A stretch of 64,000 nt of DNA from Tubulanus polymorphus. Its lineage: Eukaryota > Animalia > Nemertea. Under the pieces are notes generated by a model. It was not told the origin of the DNA and ran no database searches. It saw nothing but the letters and a program-made list of their open reading frames with translations. Positions 1 through 10,934 of the stretch are shown here, one piece after another. The position numbers were made by a program, and so were the translations under genes. The stretch is from NCBI RefSeq assembly GCF_964204645.1, contig NC_134034.1, positions 6,732,914 through 6,796,913 on the forward strand, given 5' to 3'. Within the stretch, counting starts at the first letter, position 1. Each line of letters opens with the position of its first letter.

Positions 1-357
1 ATAATTACATAATTTACTATAACCTTTTACTACATTTTCTGATATCGCGTCATTAATTCTAGCTGTTCTCGCGGCTTCATAAATCTTAAATAATCTAATA
101 ATTTCATCTGATTTCATTGTATCTAATTCATTATAAGTTAAATTTTTACCGACAAAATTTTTACATTTTCCAGATGCTATTAATATTTCTAATTGATGTT
201 TTCAATAAAGATAATATTCATAATTATTATTTGTTGTAACATTATTTAAAGCACCATCATCTGGAGTTAATTTTGTTTCTGTTATTCCTAAATCATCTAA
301 AGTTTTTTCAATTGGAACATCACCATTTTTAGATTTTATTTTCTTTTCACCTACCAT
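1..357 (-). pseudogene. Conserved Polinton hypothetical protein, frameshifted, runs off the window
   Basis: ATG at 357 in TATATAAATG context. Reads MVGEKKIK..., then after a frameshift QLEILIASGKCKNFVGKNLTYNELDTMKSDEIIRLFKIYEAAR, resembling a small gene I recall from invertebrate Polintons. Confidence 0.55.
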
Positions 358-388
358 TTATATAACAAAAAAATTAGTTGTGATGTTG

Positions 389-658
389 CAACTAGAATTC
401 AACTAGAATGTAACTAGAATTCAACTAGATTAACAAGCTAGTTGAAATATTGTTTTTATTTGTTTCTTGTTAAATCTAGTTGATTTTTGTTCCAACTACT
501 AATAACTAGAATTCAACTAGAACGTAACTAGAATTAAACTAGATTAACAAGCTAGTTAAAATATTGTTAAATCTAATTGATTTTTTGTTACAACTACCAA
601 TAACTAGAATTCAACTAGAATGTAACTAGAATTCAACTAGATTAACAAGCTAGTTGAA
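389..658. repeat. Intergenic repeat: three ~58-bp blocks built from AACTAG(AATTC/AATGT) subunits
   Basis: aactagaattcaactagaatgtaactagaattcaactagattaacaagctagtt occurs at ~390, ~504 and ~602. Confidence 0.9.
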
Positions 659-659
659 T

Positions 660-1272
660 TTAAATAAATTCATATTTAAATGGGTGTTGTAATCTAAATA
701 GTAATTTTGATCTTTTAATATTTTTCAATTTATCCATATATTCATTATCTAAATCATGTGGAATAATATCATTTTCCTCAAGTGCATTTTTCATCGATTT
801 TCTATCTTAATTGTATGTAGAATAAAACTAGAAATCTTATATTCTCCCTAAAGTCTTTAACAATTGAATTATATTTTTGATTTAAAACCCATGTTGTTAT
901 CCCGAAATGTCTTCCAGAGAAAGCTAGATAACATAACTCGCTTTCTCTAACTTTTGAATCATGTAGATTTGCACAATCATCTATAATGAATAATGTATTT
1001 GATCCTTTATAAATATCAATTGCTATTTCAATACAATTATCTAAATTTTCTTTTACTGTTTTAGGATCTAATATAATAAATTTATTATTTCTAGTAATAT
1101 TTCTATCATAAGTTTGATTAAATTCGTACGTTGGGCAAAATAATACTATATTATCAAAATAGTTTTCATAAACAGTTTCTAATAAATTTAATATAAAATA
1201 AGTTTTTCCACAATTTGTTACGCCAGATATTAACATATTATGAGGCTCAAATATAAATAATTCCTTATTCAT
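660..1272 (-). pseudogene. A32/FtsK-HerA-like DNA packaging ATPase (3' end frameshifted)
   Basis: Walker A ISGVTNCGKT, Walker B LFIIDD, GRHFGI and NQKY motifs in ORF 802..1272. The C-terminus (DRKSMKNALEENDII...HPFKYEFI*) continues in another frame to a stop at 660. Confidence 0.9.
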
Positions 1273-2851
1273 TCATATATTTTTAATTTTACTTGATAAT
1301 ATCCATTCATTGAATTTATCTGGCCATCCAACCCATTTTACTAAAGAATATTTTTTTCTTTTAACAGTTTTTGTTTTTTATACTTTTTCAATTTTATATT
1401 CTTGTTCTAGATTTTTCAGTAGTTAGACTCAATTCTTCTTCATAAAAATACCCATAAACTTCTTCACCATCTAAATCTTCTAATTTATAGACATATGGTT
1501 TTGTTGTTATTACCTTTTTTATTTTATATATTTCTCTAGTAAAATTACGATCGTATCCTTTGTCAAATATCTTTTTATACTTAGAAATTCTAACATTTTG
1601 ACCAACTTTAAATTTAGGTTCACCAAAATCATCTACAAGAAATGCTCCATATAAATTATTCCAAACAATTTCAGCATTTTCAGGTTTTCTAGCATCAATA
1701 GGTCTCATTCCAATACAAGAATGATAAGAATTATTATATCCTTCTATCAATTTTGGTAAAACATCAATCCATTTTAAAGTATTATTTGCTGTAAAATATT
1801 TCCACATTCTTGTTCTTAATGTTCTATTAAATCGTTCAACAACTGCTGCTTTTTTATCCGATTTTGTTGAAAAATATTCAATATTATGATTATCTAAGAG
1901 TTCATGAACAAGTGAATTATCAAATTCTTTTCCATCATCAAATTGTATTTTTTCTGGTTTTAGTTTATCATCCGAAAGAAATTTTCTTAAAACATTTGAT
2001 GTTTGTACAGCATCTTTTCTATAAAGTGGGAAACTCCATACATAACGACTAAAAATATCAATTATATTCAATAACCACCAATAACCATCATTATCTTTCT
2101 TAACATTTTTCATATCAATTAAATCTCCTTGCCACTGTTGATCTACACAGGGAAGTGTGATGAGATGGAATACGGACGCTTTTAATTGCCGGATGTAGGC
2201 TATTCAATTCAGCCCGTACATCAAAGGTTACCGCAACAGCAGTAAGCTACGCTTATCGAGTGTGTGTTACCAGCTGAACACCAGTCAACATCAACTTTGA
2301 TTTGCTCGCAGAACAACCCGCAATAGTTTTAGCCCGATAAATGTTCTGCGATCGATACTACGCATGCGCACTGCAGTTCATTGAACAACGTGGAAGTGGC
2401 TGTGTATACACATATTTTTCTTTAGAAAATCGGTTGAAATTCAACAATTTCTCGAAAAATTTGTCCAAAAAGGTATGTATTTTTATTCTTCTATATCTCC
2501 GAAACCCGGTATCGGAACATTAAGTATTTATATTGTGATTAAAGTCTGTTTTTACGTGTTAAACATATGTTTTTGCCAGTTCGTTCCGATTCCGGGTTTA
2601 GCGTTATTTGGGCCTTGAAGATGTCAAATATTTCGGCCCAGACTCGCGCAGCTTTCGTTTCTGACGTCATGTTGCTATGTTACGACACAAACATATACAC
2701 GAAGTATGATCTTTAAAATGTGTATTTACTACATAATAATGTTACTTAATAACGCTTACATTAGGCCTACAAGTTATTGTCCCCCATATAAACCAAGTTT
2801 TCTAAATAGCATCAGCAATCTCATTTAATTAACCTTTTCTTATTTTTAGTC

Positions 2852-3184
2852 ATGGATCTTTGTCGATTGTGTGGAAAAAATGCAAAACCTCCGGATCATC
2901 GTCCTATCGATAAAAATAATTTCAAAAGCCATGTGAAGGAGTTGTTCAACATTGATTTTGATGATGATACTGAACAGTACCCGATATATATCTGTTATAT
3001 GTGTCGTGTCAAATTACAAAAATGGCGTAAGAACGAAAACGTTAAAAAAACTGTCCCTGTGACTATCAAATTAAAACAATGGACATGTAAACCACTGGTT
3101 AATTCCAAGTCTGGACGGCGACGTATTTGTAGTCAAAATTTTATCGATCGATTTTCCATAATGTACTGCTGCCATTCCATTTGA
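2852..3184 (+). pseudogene. Truncated zinc-finger ORF (CxxC...CxxC; RAG1 N-terminal/Chapaev- or ZAD-like) inside the TIR element
   Basis: LCRLCG...LFNIDFDDDTEQYPIYICYMC, preceded by a polypyrimidine-AG acceptor at ~2849. Confidence 0.55.
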
Positions 3185-3794
3185 ACTGAATTTAAATACT
3201 CGATGGTTAATCACTTCAGTCATAGCCTTTTCCAAATATATAGTGTTCCTGCAAAAATAATAATAATGATTATTATTTTAACATGTACTTATCTGGATTT
3301 TTTATATTATGTTTATATATTATTTTCTGTATTCGTTTATTATTTTATAACCTAAAAGGATTGTATTGATTATAAAAATAAATGTAAAAAATACCTGTAT
3401 GTGTGTTTTCTCGTGATCAGATCGCAGTCTCTGGTCAGCTGAGCCTGAGAAGTACCTATATGAAAAAGAAAAGGAAAGAATAAAGTGCCTGCAATTAGGT
3501 GGAAACTATTCCGATATTACATTGATTCAAAAGGAATAACACTCACTAGAATCGGCCGAATTAGTTGATCCTGATCCAGAGGATTCCCGTAATATTTCCG
3601 TATCGATCTGAACCAATTCGTCACTATCAAAGAATAGTTCGTCAAAATCGTCATCATTTATAATTTCGTTGACAACCGTTGCCATTTTAATACAGAGGAA
3701 AGAACCGATATCACGATTGATAAAACACTATCCGTCTGAAGCGATGTAGAGAGAATCGCACAATGATAACGAAAAAGTCCAAAAATGTTAGTAG

Positions 3795-3841
3795 TTTATT
3801 CAACGTTTCGTCTATGTCCTAATAGTCATCTTCAGAAATAA
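3795..3841 (-). ncRNA. Minimal type I hammerhead ribozyme (Penelope-type)
   Basis: Minus strand reads ttattt-CTGAAGA-tgactattaggacataga-CGAAAC-GTT-gaataa: core boxes, stem I ttattt/gaataa, stem II ctat/atag and palindromic AACGTT stem III. Confidence 0.6.
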
Positions 3842-4583
3842 TGAATACTACAGAAATTATGAGAGATATATACAATCCAGAGACAAAGAGACTATTTCAA
3901 GTAATCAGAGATGATACAAACTAAAGGAAAATTAACGTAGAAACAGTTACACGCTAAAACAGATTAAAGAGAAGCAGTTAAGAGACAAACTAGGGGGCAC
4001 TTAAATTTAAGACAATTGTGAATACAAGTTGATCGACTAAAATTGATGAGGGGAAATCAGGTGTTGAGTTTAACCAGTTTACAGAGGAATTTTTATATAA
4101 GTTTATTATGGGATGAAAAACCGATATTCGGAAACAACTGAATTATTACGGAGATTCCCGATCTCGCTGGTTATCGCTTATCGGCGCGTTACGTAACAAA
4201 GCGCTCGCCGGCGAACCGTTATCGGCTTTAGGGCAATTACAACGCACATTCGACAAGAGCTGCACAATAGCGTCCGTATTCCATCTCATCACACTTCCCT
4301 GATCTACATAACTTACCATAGTTTTATATTTTCTAACAATTTTTTTATGTGTTGTGTATGTTGGTTGTTCTAACATAAATTCATTTATATCTTTATATTT
4401 AACTAAATTGTGTGGGATTATCTTATCTAATTTATCTTGTTTTACTTTACGCCATATATTTTTAGTAGAAGAATAAGCAACCGAACTCTCAGGGTTGTAA
4501 TATAAATTTCTTAAATATTGTTCTTTAGTATTAGGAGTTTTTTTACCTCCCATTTATATATCGTTAATTTTAACTTTATATTT

Positions 4584-5831
4584 CTAATATTGAATACTAT
4601 CTAACTGTGAATTTACAATATTTAATTGTGCATCAGATATAATATAAATGTGCATTTTAAAATTTTTGTCTCCTCTTTTCTTTTTCATGAATAATTGTAT
4701 TCCATCTTTAGTGTTCTGTAGTTTTTTCCCAGAACCATGTAATGAATTATCCTCTGTTGTTCTAAAATCTAACCATAATGCATATTTATTGCCGGTATAA
4801 TAATCAATTTGATTAATATTACAATTTTCAAATGATTTTACTTTTTCATTCATAAAATGTTTTCTAATTTCTGGCCACTGATCTATCATTCTCATTCCTT
4901 GACAAAATATTTTATTTGCTATTCCTTCGATAGTTATTTCTACTTTTGTTATTTCAGGATTATAATAATTATCTACCTTTATTGCACCATTAGAATATGT
5001 TGCAATGGTAAAAAATATTAATATACCTTTAATAGATCTTCTTGGGAAGTTAATATTCTCATTAATTATTTCATCATTTGCATTAATAGTTACAGTTTTA
5101 AATTTATCAATATAATCATATAATAATGAAAATCCTTGATTGTATTGAGTTTGAATTATACTAGCAATATTTTCATTAGTTACTGTGTTATATTCTAAAC
5201 ATATATTCGATAATTTATAACCCATATCTTTAACAACGCTAGATAATACAATTTCATTTACAGGAGCAAATGTTATCTCAAATATAATATCTTCTTGAAT
5301 TTTATATTTATATCAAGGTGCATTGTTATTTATCAATTCAAAGTCTAATGGAATTTTATATTTGCTTCCATAAATCTTTTTAATCAAATTATCTGTGGCA
5401 CGAGTTACTATTGCGTCATTAGCTCCTGATCTTAATTTATTATGGTTTTCCGATTGAATACCCTGAAATATCATATTATTTCTATTTTCTTTAGTTAACC
5501 ATAAATCTTTATAATGCATAAATAAATTATAATCATCTAATGAGAAAACTGTTTCTGGACCAATCTTTATAGTTAATTTTTTAATCAAATATCTCCCAAC
5601 ATTATCGACAACATAATTATTATCATGACCAGTTACTTTTATATCGGCTGATAAATAAATACTGTTTGGAACATAAAAAGTATTTTGTGTTAATCTAGGA
5701 ATTCTAACATATAAAGTTTCATCGGGATTAGTATTTGAAGGATTATGAGTAATTATATGATGTGATCTTTCTGCTTTAATAGCATTAGATATTCTAGAAA
5801 TCTTAGAAGGACTTATATAACTCCCACTCAT
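4584..5831 (-). pseudogene. Double jelly-roll major capsid protein (one internal stop)
   Basis: ORFs 5313..5831 and 4584..5225 are in the same frame, separated by one TGA (~415 aa total). Motifs HIITHNPS, LYVRIPRL, NVGRYLIKKL, PRRSIKGIL, YYNPEITKVEITIEG and ALWLDFRT...LHGSG are typical of invertebrate Polinton MCPs. Confidence 0.82.
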
Positions 5832-5865
5832 TTATTTAACAAAAAAATTAATTATTTATTTTTTA

Positions 5866-7302
5866 TTATTTTTTTTCTTGATATCTTTTTGTTATCATAT
5901 TCACTAACCCAAAAATAATAGCACTTACAACTGTAATTAAAAATAAAATAATATGTTCAGCAGCAAAGTTAAGAATATTACCTGCAGATTTCAATATAAA
6001 ACCAACAATTGATGCAATAATTCCTGGCAATGCTGCAGCAGATTTCTTTGATAGTTCCCATAAATATTTTGCTAACTTTTTTAAACCATCCTTAACTTTA
6101 TCTTGTATAGAACTATTATCATTCGGGGGTTTATCCGGCTTATTTGGAGTAGGAGTAGATTTTAAAGCATTTGATATAGCTAAACCCATTGTTGTAAATA
6201 ACATAGTTACAGCTGTTAGAATTGAAAGAATTGTTATTCCTTCAAATTTAAATAATAATTTTATTCTATCTTTCAATGATATTTTAGAATCTGGTTTTAT
6301 TAGATATCTTTTAAAAACATCTTTTAATCTATTAATATTATAATCATATGATTTTAATAATAATTTAATTTCTTCTTTCTGTACTTCTAAATTATTTTTT
6401 TAATTATTAATTTCTTTTTCTAAACGTAATTCTTTTTGCCTATATTCTATTTCATCAATTACTTGATGATCTAAATCAGACTTTAGTTGTTCTATTTCTT
6501 TATTTGCATTAGTTAATTCTTTTTCCAAATACATAATTTTTTGATGTCTTATACTTTTATTATGTGCAATTTTATCAGCTTCATTTCTTATACTAATAAT
6601 TTCTCTAATTGCTTCATCAGAAAATATATCTAAATCTTCTAATTCTTGATCTGTTGCATCAAGTAATCCATTCGGTAAAAGTTTTTCAATTGAAACTCTA
6701 TTTGATTTAAGTTTACTATTTTTGGAAGTTATATTCTGTTCAGAATTTGTTTCTGTTTCTGATTTCTTTTTGATTATTTCAAATAATTCATTAATTCTTT
6801 GTTTAAATACGTCTATATTATCATCTATTTCTTTTTGTGTAACATCAGTTATTTCATTACTATTACTTATTCTTTTAATTTTATCTGGTTTTAAATTTTT
6901 CAAAGTTGATTCCGCTAATATTTTTTTATTATTCTTAGAAGTGATATCAATATAATAATCACCTTTCAAACTATAATAGCATTTACCATTATCTAAAAAT
7001 TTTAATTGATCTGCTAAAGGTCCGACGTCTTCATCATTTATGTTAAGTTTAGAATTTTCAATTATACGTTCTAATTTAGGTATTTTGTTTAAATTATCTA
7101 AATCTTGTTTTACTAAACCTGGGTTTAAATTTTCAGGATTAAATTGTGATTCTGCATTTTTAATATAATCAGGCATATTTAAATTATTATTATATCCTGG
7201 CTCATTAAAACTTGTTTCATCAAAATCAGGTGGTTGTTCATCACTTATACCAGGTTCATCAAAAGGATCCATTCCAATATCTTCTCCACCTTCTACATCC
7301 AT
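5866..7302 (-). pseudogene. Polinton coiled-coil/membrane protein, split into ORFs 6400..7302 and 5866..6276
   Basis: Acidic N-terminus, coiled coil, then hydrophobic EGITILSILTA...ALPGIIASIVGFIL...FAAEHIILF helices. TAAATG start at 7302. Confidence 0.65.
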
Positions 7303-7318
7303 TTATATAATAAAAAAA

Positions 7319-8704
7319 TTAAAATTTAAAATATAATATTCCTCCTATAACAATTCCTATACAAGTTAAAGCTAATTTAGTATTTTCATGGGATTTATTA
7401 TCATCATTTAGTTTAATTATTTCATGTTGAATTTTATCGGTTTTAATATTTTCTGATGTATTAAAATCCGGTTTAGAATCATTATTTAATTTAATATTCT
7501 TAGTTTTAGTTTCAGTTGATTGAATATGTTTTTTATTTTTTTCTCCTTCCATTAATTTTGGAGCAGTGATTATCTTTTTATTTATATCATTTAATCCAAA
7601 TGAATTATTTATTGTTGCAGTTTTAATTAGATTATTGTAACCAATTATGTTTCCCATCTTGAATACTAAATCATTAGAAATAATTAATAGATTAGGACCT
7701 ATACAATAATTTAATCTAATATGTGATTTATCTAAATAATTTTGATATCTTACAATGTTTTCTGGAATCGATCTATTTTTATCATTATGAATGGAATCTT
7801 CAAATAATACTTTGAATTGTTTCTGTGTATCAAATGATGTATTTAAATTTCCAATCATTGGTGATCTTGTTTCAACTTGCGCACCTAAAATACATATCAA
7901 ATAAGTTCTAATAGATTGATTTATTCTTTGTATACCAGCTTCAGTTAAACCTTCACTATTTTCTAAAATGAAATAAACCCAACCATTATTGTTTTCTTGT
8001 TTTAAATTATCATAAAATGTCGGTAATTTATTGAAATTTAATGTTTCTAAATCCTTAGTTCCTATTTTACCATAACCTAATTTATTATTATAGATATTAT
8101 AAAAACTATTAGATGGTATGGGAAGTGCACAATATTCTGCAATCTTTTTAGGGCAAGGAAGTGATCTTATTGTTCCAATGTTCGTTCTAAAATCAGAATT
8201 ATTTATATCTATATTAAATTCATTACAAATTTTATAAAACTTTGACAAATTAATATTATTATCTAATTCTTTAAAATACCTAGATCCTGGTAAAGGACAC
8301 TCTAATTCATTTAATATTAATCTTATTTGAAAGTATGTATGAAATCTAAATAAACTTTGAATTAATTTATATTTAGGATTATTCAAATGATCATTCCAAC
8401 TAATTCCACAACCTGTTGTTGCACAATAAACAGCTAAATTTAATTGGTTCTGCCAATACTTCATATTAGATTTTAATAACCATTGTTTTTCATCTTTCAA
8501 TTTTTTAAAATCAATTAAATATACATGAAATATATTTTCCATCTTTGCATTAAAATTATTAGTTTCATTAACATAAATTTCTAAATTAGTAAATGAATCT
8601 AAAACTTCATTTCTATATGTAATATCTTTATTAAAATCTATTGCTGGAATATTATATTTAATTGATTTATTATATTGGATAGCTTTTGGAAAACTATCTA
8701 CCAT
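7319..8704 (-). CDS. Conserved Polinton protein of unknown function with C-terminal TM helix (461 aa)
   Basis: Intact ORF with the MKYWQNQLNLAVYCATTGCGIS..DHL / FRFHTYFQIRLIL signature and a TAAATG start. Confidence 0.75.
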   Translation of the reverse strand: MVDSFPKAIQYNKSIKYNIPAIDFNKDITYRNEVLDSFTNLEIYVNETNNFNAKMENIFHVYLIDFKKLKDEKQWLLKSNMKYWQNQLNLAVYCATTGCGISWNDHLNNPKYKLIQSLFRFHTYFQIRLILNELECPLPGSRYFKELDNNINLSKFYKICNEFNIDINNSDFRTNIGTIRSLPCPKKIAEYCALPIPSNSFYNIYNNKLGYGKIGTKDLETLNFNKLPTFYDNLKQENNNGWVYFILENSEGLTEAGIQRINQSIRTYLICILGAQVETRSPMIGNLNTSFDTQKQFKVLFEDSIHNDKNRSIPENIVRYQNYLDKSHIRLNYCIGPNLLIISNDLVFKMGNIIGYNNLIKTATINNSFGLNDINKKIITAPKLMEGEKNKKHIQSTETKTKNIKLNNDSKPDFNTSENIKTDKIQHEIIKLNDDNKSHENTKLALTCIGIVIGGILYFKF

Positions 8705-8720
8705 TTATATAATTAAAAAA

Positions 8721-9155
8721 TTAATAATTTATTAATTCTTTTAATAATTTATCTTGTTCTTCAACTGTTATATGGCCATTTAAACTTATTATATAATCTA
8801 GTGTATTCTTTAATTTATTAATTTCTTTTATATTAGTTTTAATTTTTTCTTTATTACTTTTTATATTTAATTTTGAACTTATACCAGTTAAAACACTTGA
8901 ACTTAATCCTAATACACCAATTAATATAGCTAAAGGTGTTAATGGGCTGAATATTGCTAAAAATGTTATTACAGAACTAATTGTAACCGAACCACTTATA
9001 ATCAAATAATATATAATTTTACTTTTTAAATATTATTTCTTTTTTATCTTTAAGTCACTTTCAAATTCTAATATTTGTTTTTCTAAATATGTTTTTAATT
9101 TAGTTTTATTTATATCATGAGGAATAATATCAATATTATTAACTTTATCTTCCAT
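8721..9155 (-). pseudogene. Small Polinton membrane protein (frameshifted 5' part)
   Basis: TAAATG start at 9155; hydrophobic hairpin in ORF 8721..9005. Confidence 0.5.
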
Positions 9156-9174
9156 TTATTTAGAAAAAAAATTA

Positions 9175-9570
9175 CTAATTAGTAAATTTATATGCTACAA
9201 ATATAACAATAACAGTTCCACCTAAAATCCATATTATTTCATATTTCTGTTGTTCTTTACTTGGGGTATAATAATCTGATAATTTAGGTTTGTATACATG
9301 TAATTTTTCTTTATTGGTTACTGCGTTATATATATCTCTATGTGAAATATTCTGATCAATTAATTCTTTATTGATGTAATCCATATAGTTTTGTCTCTTT
9401 TCTCTATATTCTTCTGCAGCTTTATCATATTTCTCTAATGCTAAGTTATGTCTTTTTTGTTCTGTTAATGATCCATTTTTATCAATATGTTTAAATAAAT
9501 AACCACCACCAGCAAATGCAAAAGCGTTAACAATTGCCGATCCTATAATAGTTATAATTGCAGAAGCCAT
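9175..9570 (-). CDS. Conserved small Polinton protein with N- and C-terminal hydrophobic helices (131 aa)
   Basis: MASAIITIIGSAIVNAFAFAGGGYLF...EQKRHNLALEK; TAAATG start. Confidence 0.75.
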   Translation of the reverse strand: MASAIITIIGSAIVNAFAFAGGGYLFKHIDKNGSLTEQKRHNLALEKYDKAAEEYREKRQNYMDYINKELIDQNISHRDIYNAVTNKEKLHVYKPKLSDYYTPSKEQQKYEIIWILGGTVIVIFVAYKFTN

Positions 9571-10107
9571 TTATTTAACAAAAAAATTACGCATTTATAT
9601 AGGAGGAATATATTTTTGATTTTCCAAATAATCAATAGTTAAATTAGATAAAGTAACTGCTAATGTTAATTTTAGAATATCATTTATATCAAATCTATCA
9701 ACATTAACAATTCCAATTTTGAATACTTTTTTTAATACCATTGAATAACCAACAGTTCTACAAAATATTTAGTTATTTTAGTGATGATTAATTCAACATT
9801 TATTTCATTACTAGTTTCATTTGTATATATTTCAATTATTATTTTTTTAATATCATCGATGATAAAATCTTCATCTAATTCATAAAATCTTAAAGATTCT
9901 CTAATTAAATTAGTAATCTTTTCTACATTAAAAGTTTCTTTATCTATTGTTGTTTCATACTCAAATGTTGTTTAATTAGAAAATGTTATATTTTATATAT
10001 GTGTAATTACATCATTAATGTTAAATTTCATTTCTTTCTCACGTTTAAAATCAAATCCAAAACATATGCTCGGCCCAACAGTTATATTCATTTATATAAT
10101 GAAAAAA

Positions 10108-10866
10108 TTACTCTCTACATCTTATAACTAATTCATAAATTACAGGAAAGTTATTCAAATCAATTAAATATCCATTGTGATTTCTTATTTCTAATTTAAA
10201 ATTATTGAAATGTGGAATACAAGGTTTGAAATCACATTCAGTTAAATTATGATTTATTTGAGTTCCAAATTGTTTAACATTTTTTAATGGTAAAATATTT
10301 AATAAACCAGAATTACAAATTGTATCTTTAGTTGCTTCAAATGTTTTTGTTGGGTCAATCAAATTGCAATAAATATAAAAATGTGTAAAAGGTATTAAGT
10401 TTGATTTACCTTCTGCGTGTGCTGTAACAATATTTGGGTTAATTCCTAACAGTTTAGCTAAAGGTTTTCTTACTGTAAATTTAAATTGTTCGTTATTATC
10501 TAACCTAATCTTTATTTTATTAGAACTATCACTTTTTAAAATTCTAATACTAAATCCGGAATCACTTCCTAATTTAGCTCGAGCTTTTCTATTAATTTCT
10601 TGTGCTAATGTATCTAAATTATATAATCCTGGTTTTAAATATATAAAATACCATTCATTCATTTTTTTGTAAAAGATTGAAAAAATTAAATGTTCTAGAC
10701 TTTTATCCGATATATTGTAAAATGAGTTACATAAACTTATATTAACTAATTTTAAATCAACACAATTCTTAAATTCTCTATCTAATTGTACTAGTAAATT
10801 ATGTGATTTATAATTTGTAAGTTTTCTAGAATCAACAAATATTCTGTATTCTTTTAATTCTACCAT
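10108..10866 (-). CDS. Minor capsid protein (penton, single jelly-roll)
   Basis: IFVDSR..., ISLCNSFYNI, PGLYNL..LA..IN, LAKLLG, FYIYCNLI, LEIRNHNGYLIDLNNFPVIYEL pattern typical of Polinton/virophage mCPs. Confidence 0.78.
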   Translation of the reverse strand: MVELKEYRIFVDSRKLTNYKSHNLLVQLDREFKNCVDLKLVNISLCNSFYNISDKSLEHLIFSIFYKKMNEWYFIYLKPGLYNLDTLAQEINRKARAKLGSDSGFSIRILKSDSSNKIKIRLDNNEQFKFTVRKPLAKLLGINPNIVTAHAEGKSNLIPFTHFYIYCNLIDPTKTFEATKDTICNSGLLNILPLKNVKQFGTQINHNLTECDFKPCIPHFNNFKLEIRNHNGYLIDLNNFPVIYELVIRCRE

Positions 10867-10934
10867 TATTTATAACATAAAAAAATTACCGCTCATCACT
10901 AAAAATTAATTTAAATAAAATTTTTCCTTAATAA

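Larger units (their letters stand above)
2148..4301. mobile_element. Non-autonomous DNA transposon, 33-bp perfect TIRs, 7-bp TSD (P-element-like ends)
   Basis: TIR cagggaagtgtgatgagatggaatacggacgct at 2148-2180 and its reverse complement at 4269-4301. TSD ATCTACA at 2141-2147 and 4302-4308. Confidence 0.92.
1273..4553 (-). pseudogene. Polinton rve integrase with C-terminal chromodomain, interrupted by the 2148-4301 element
   Basis: N-terminus LYYNPES (ORF 4146..4553). Removing the insertion restores MVSYVDQQWQGDLIDM in frame. DDE core IDIFSRY...FDDGKEF...VERFNRTL. A frameshifted chromodomain (LVKW.GWPDKFNEWI) lies at ~1275-1390. Confidence 0.92.

Noticed and set aside
389-658. Possible CRISPR-like array
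   Set aside because: The spacers are themselves repeated, the context is eukaryotic and viral, and there are no cas genes.
2146-4301. ProtoRAG/Transib transposon with RSS-like ends
   Set aside because: TIR starts CAGGG rather than CAC at both ends, the TSD is 7 bp rather than 5 bp, and no RAG1 core or RAG2 kelch sequence is visible.
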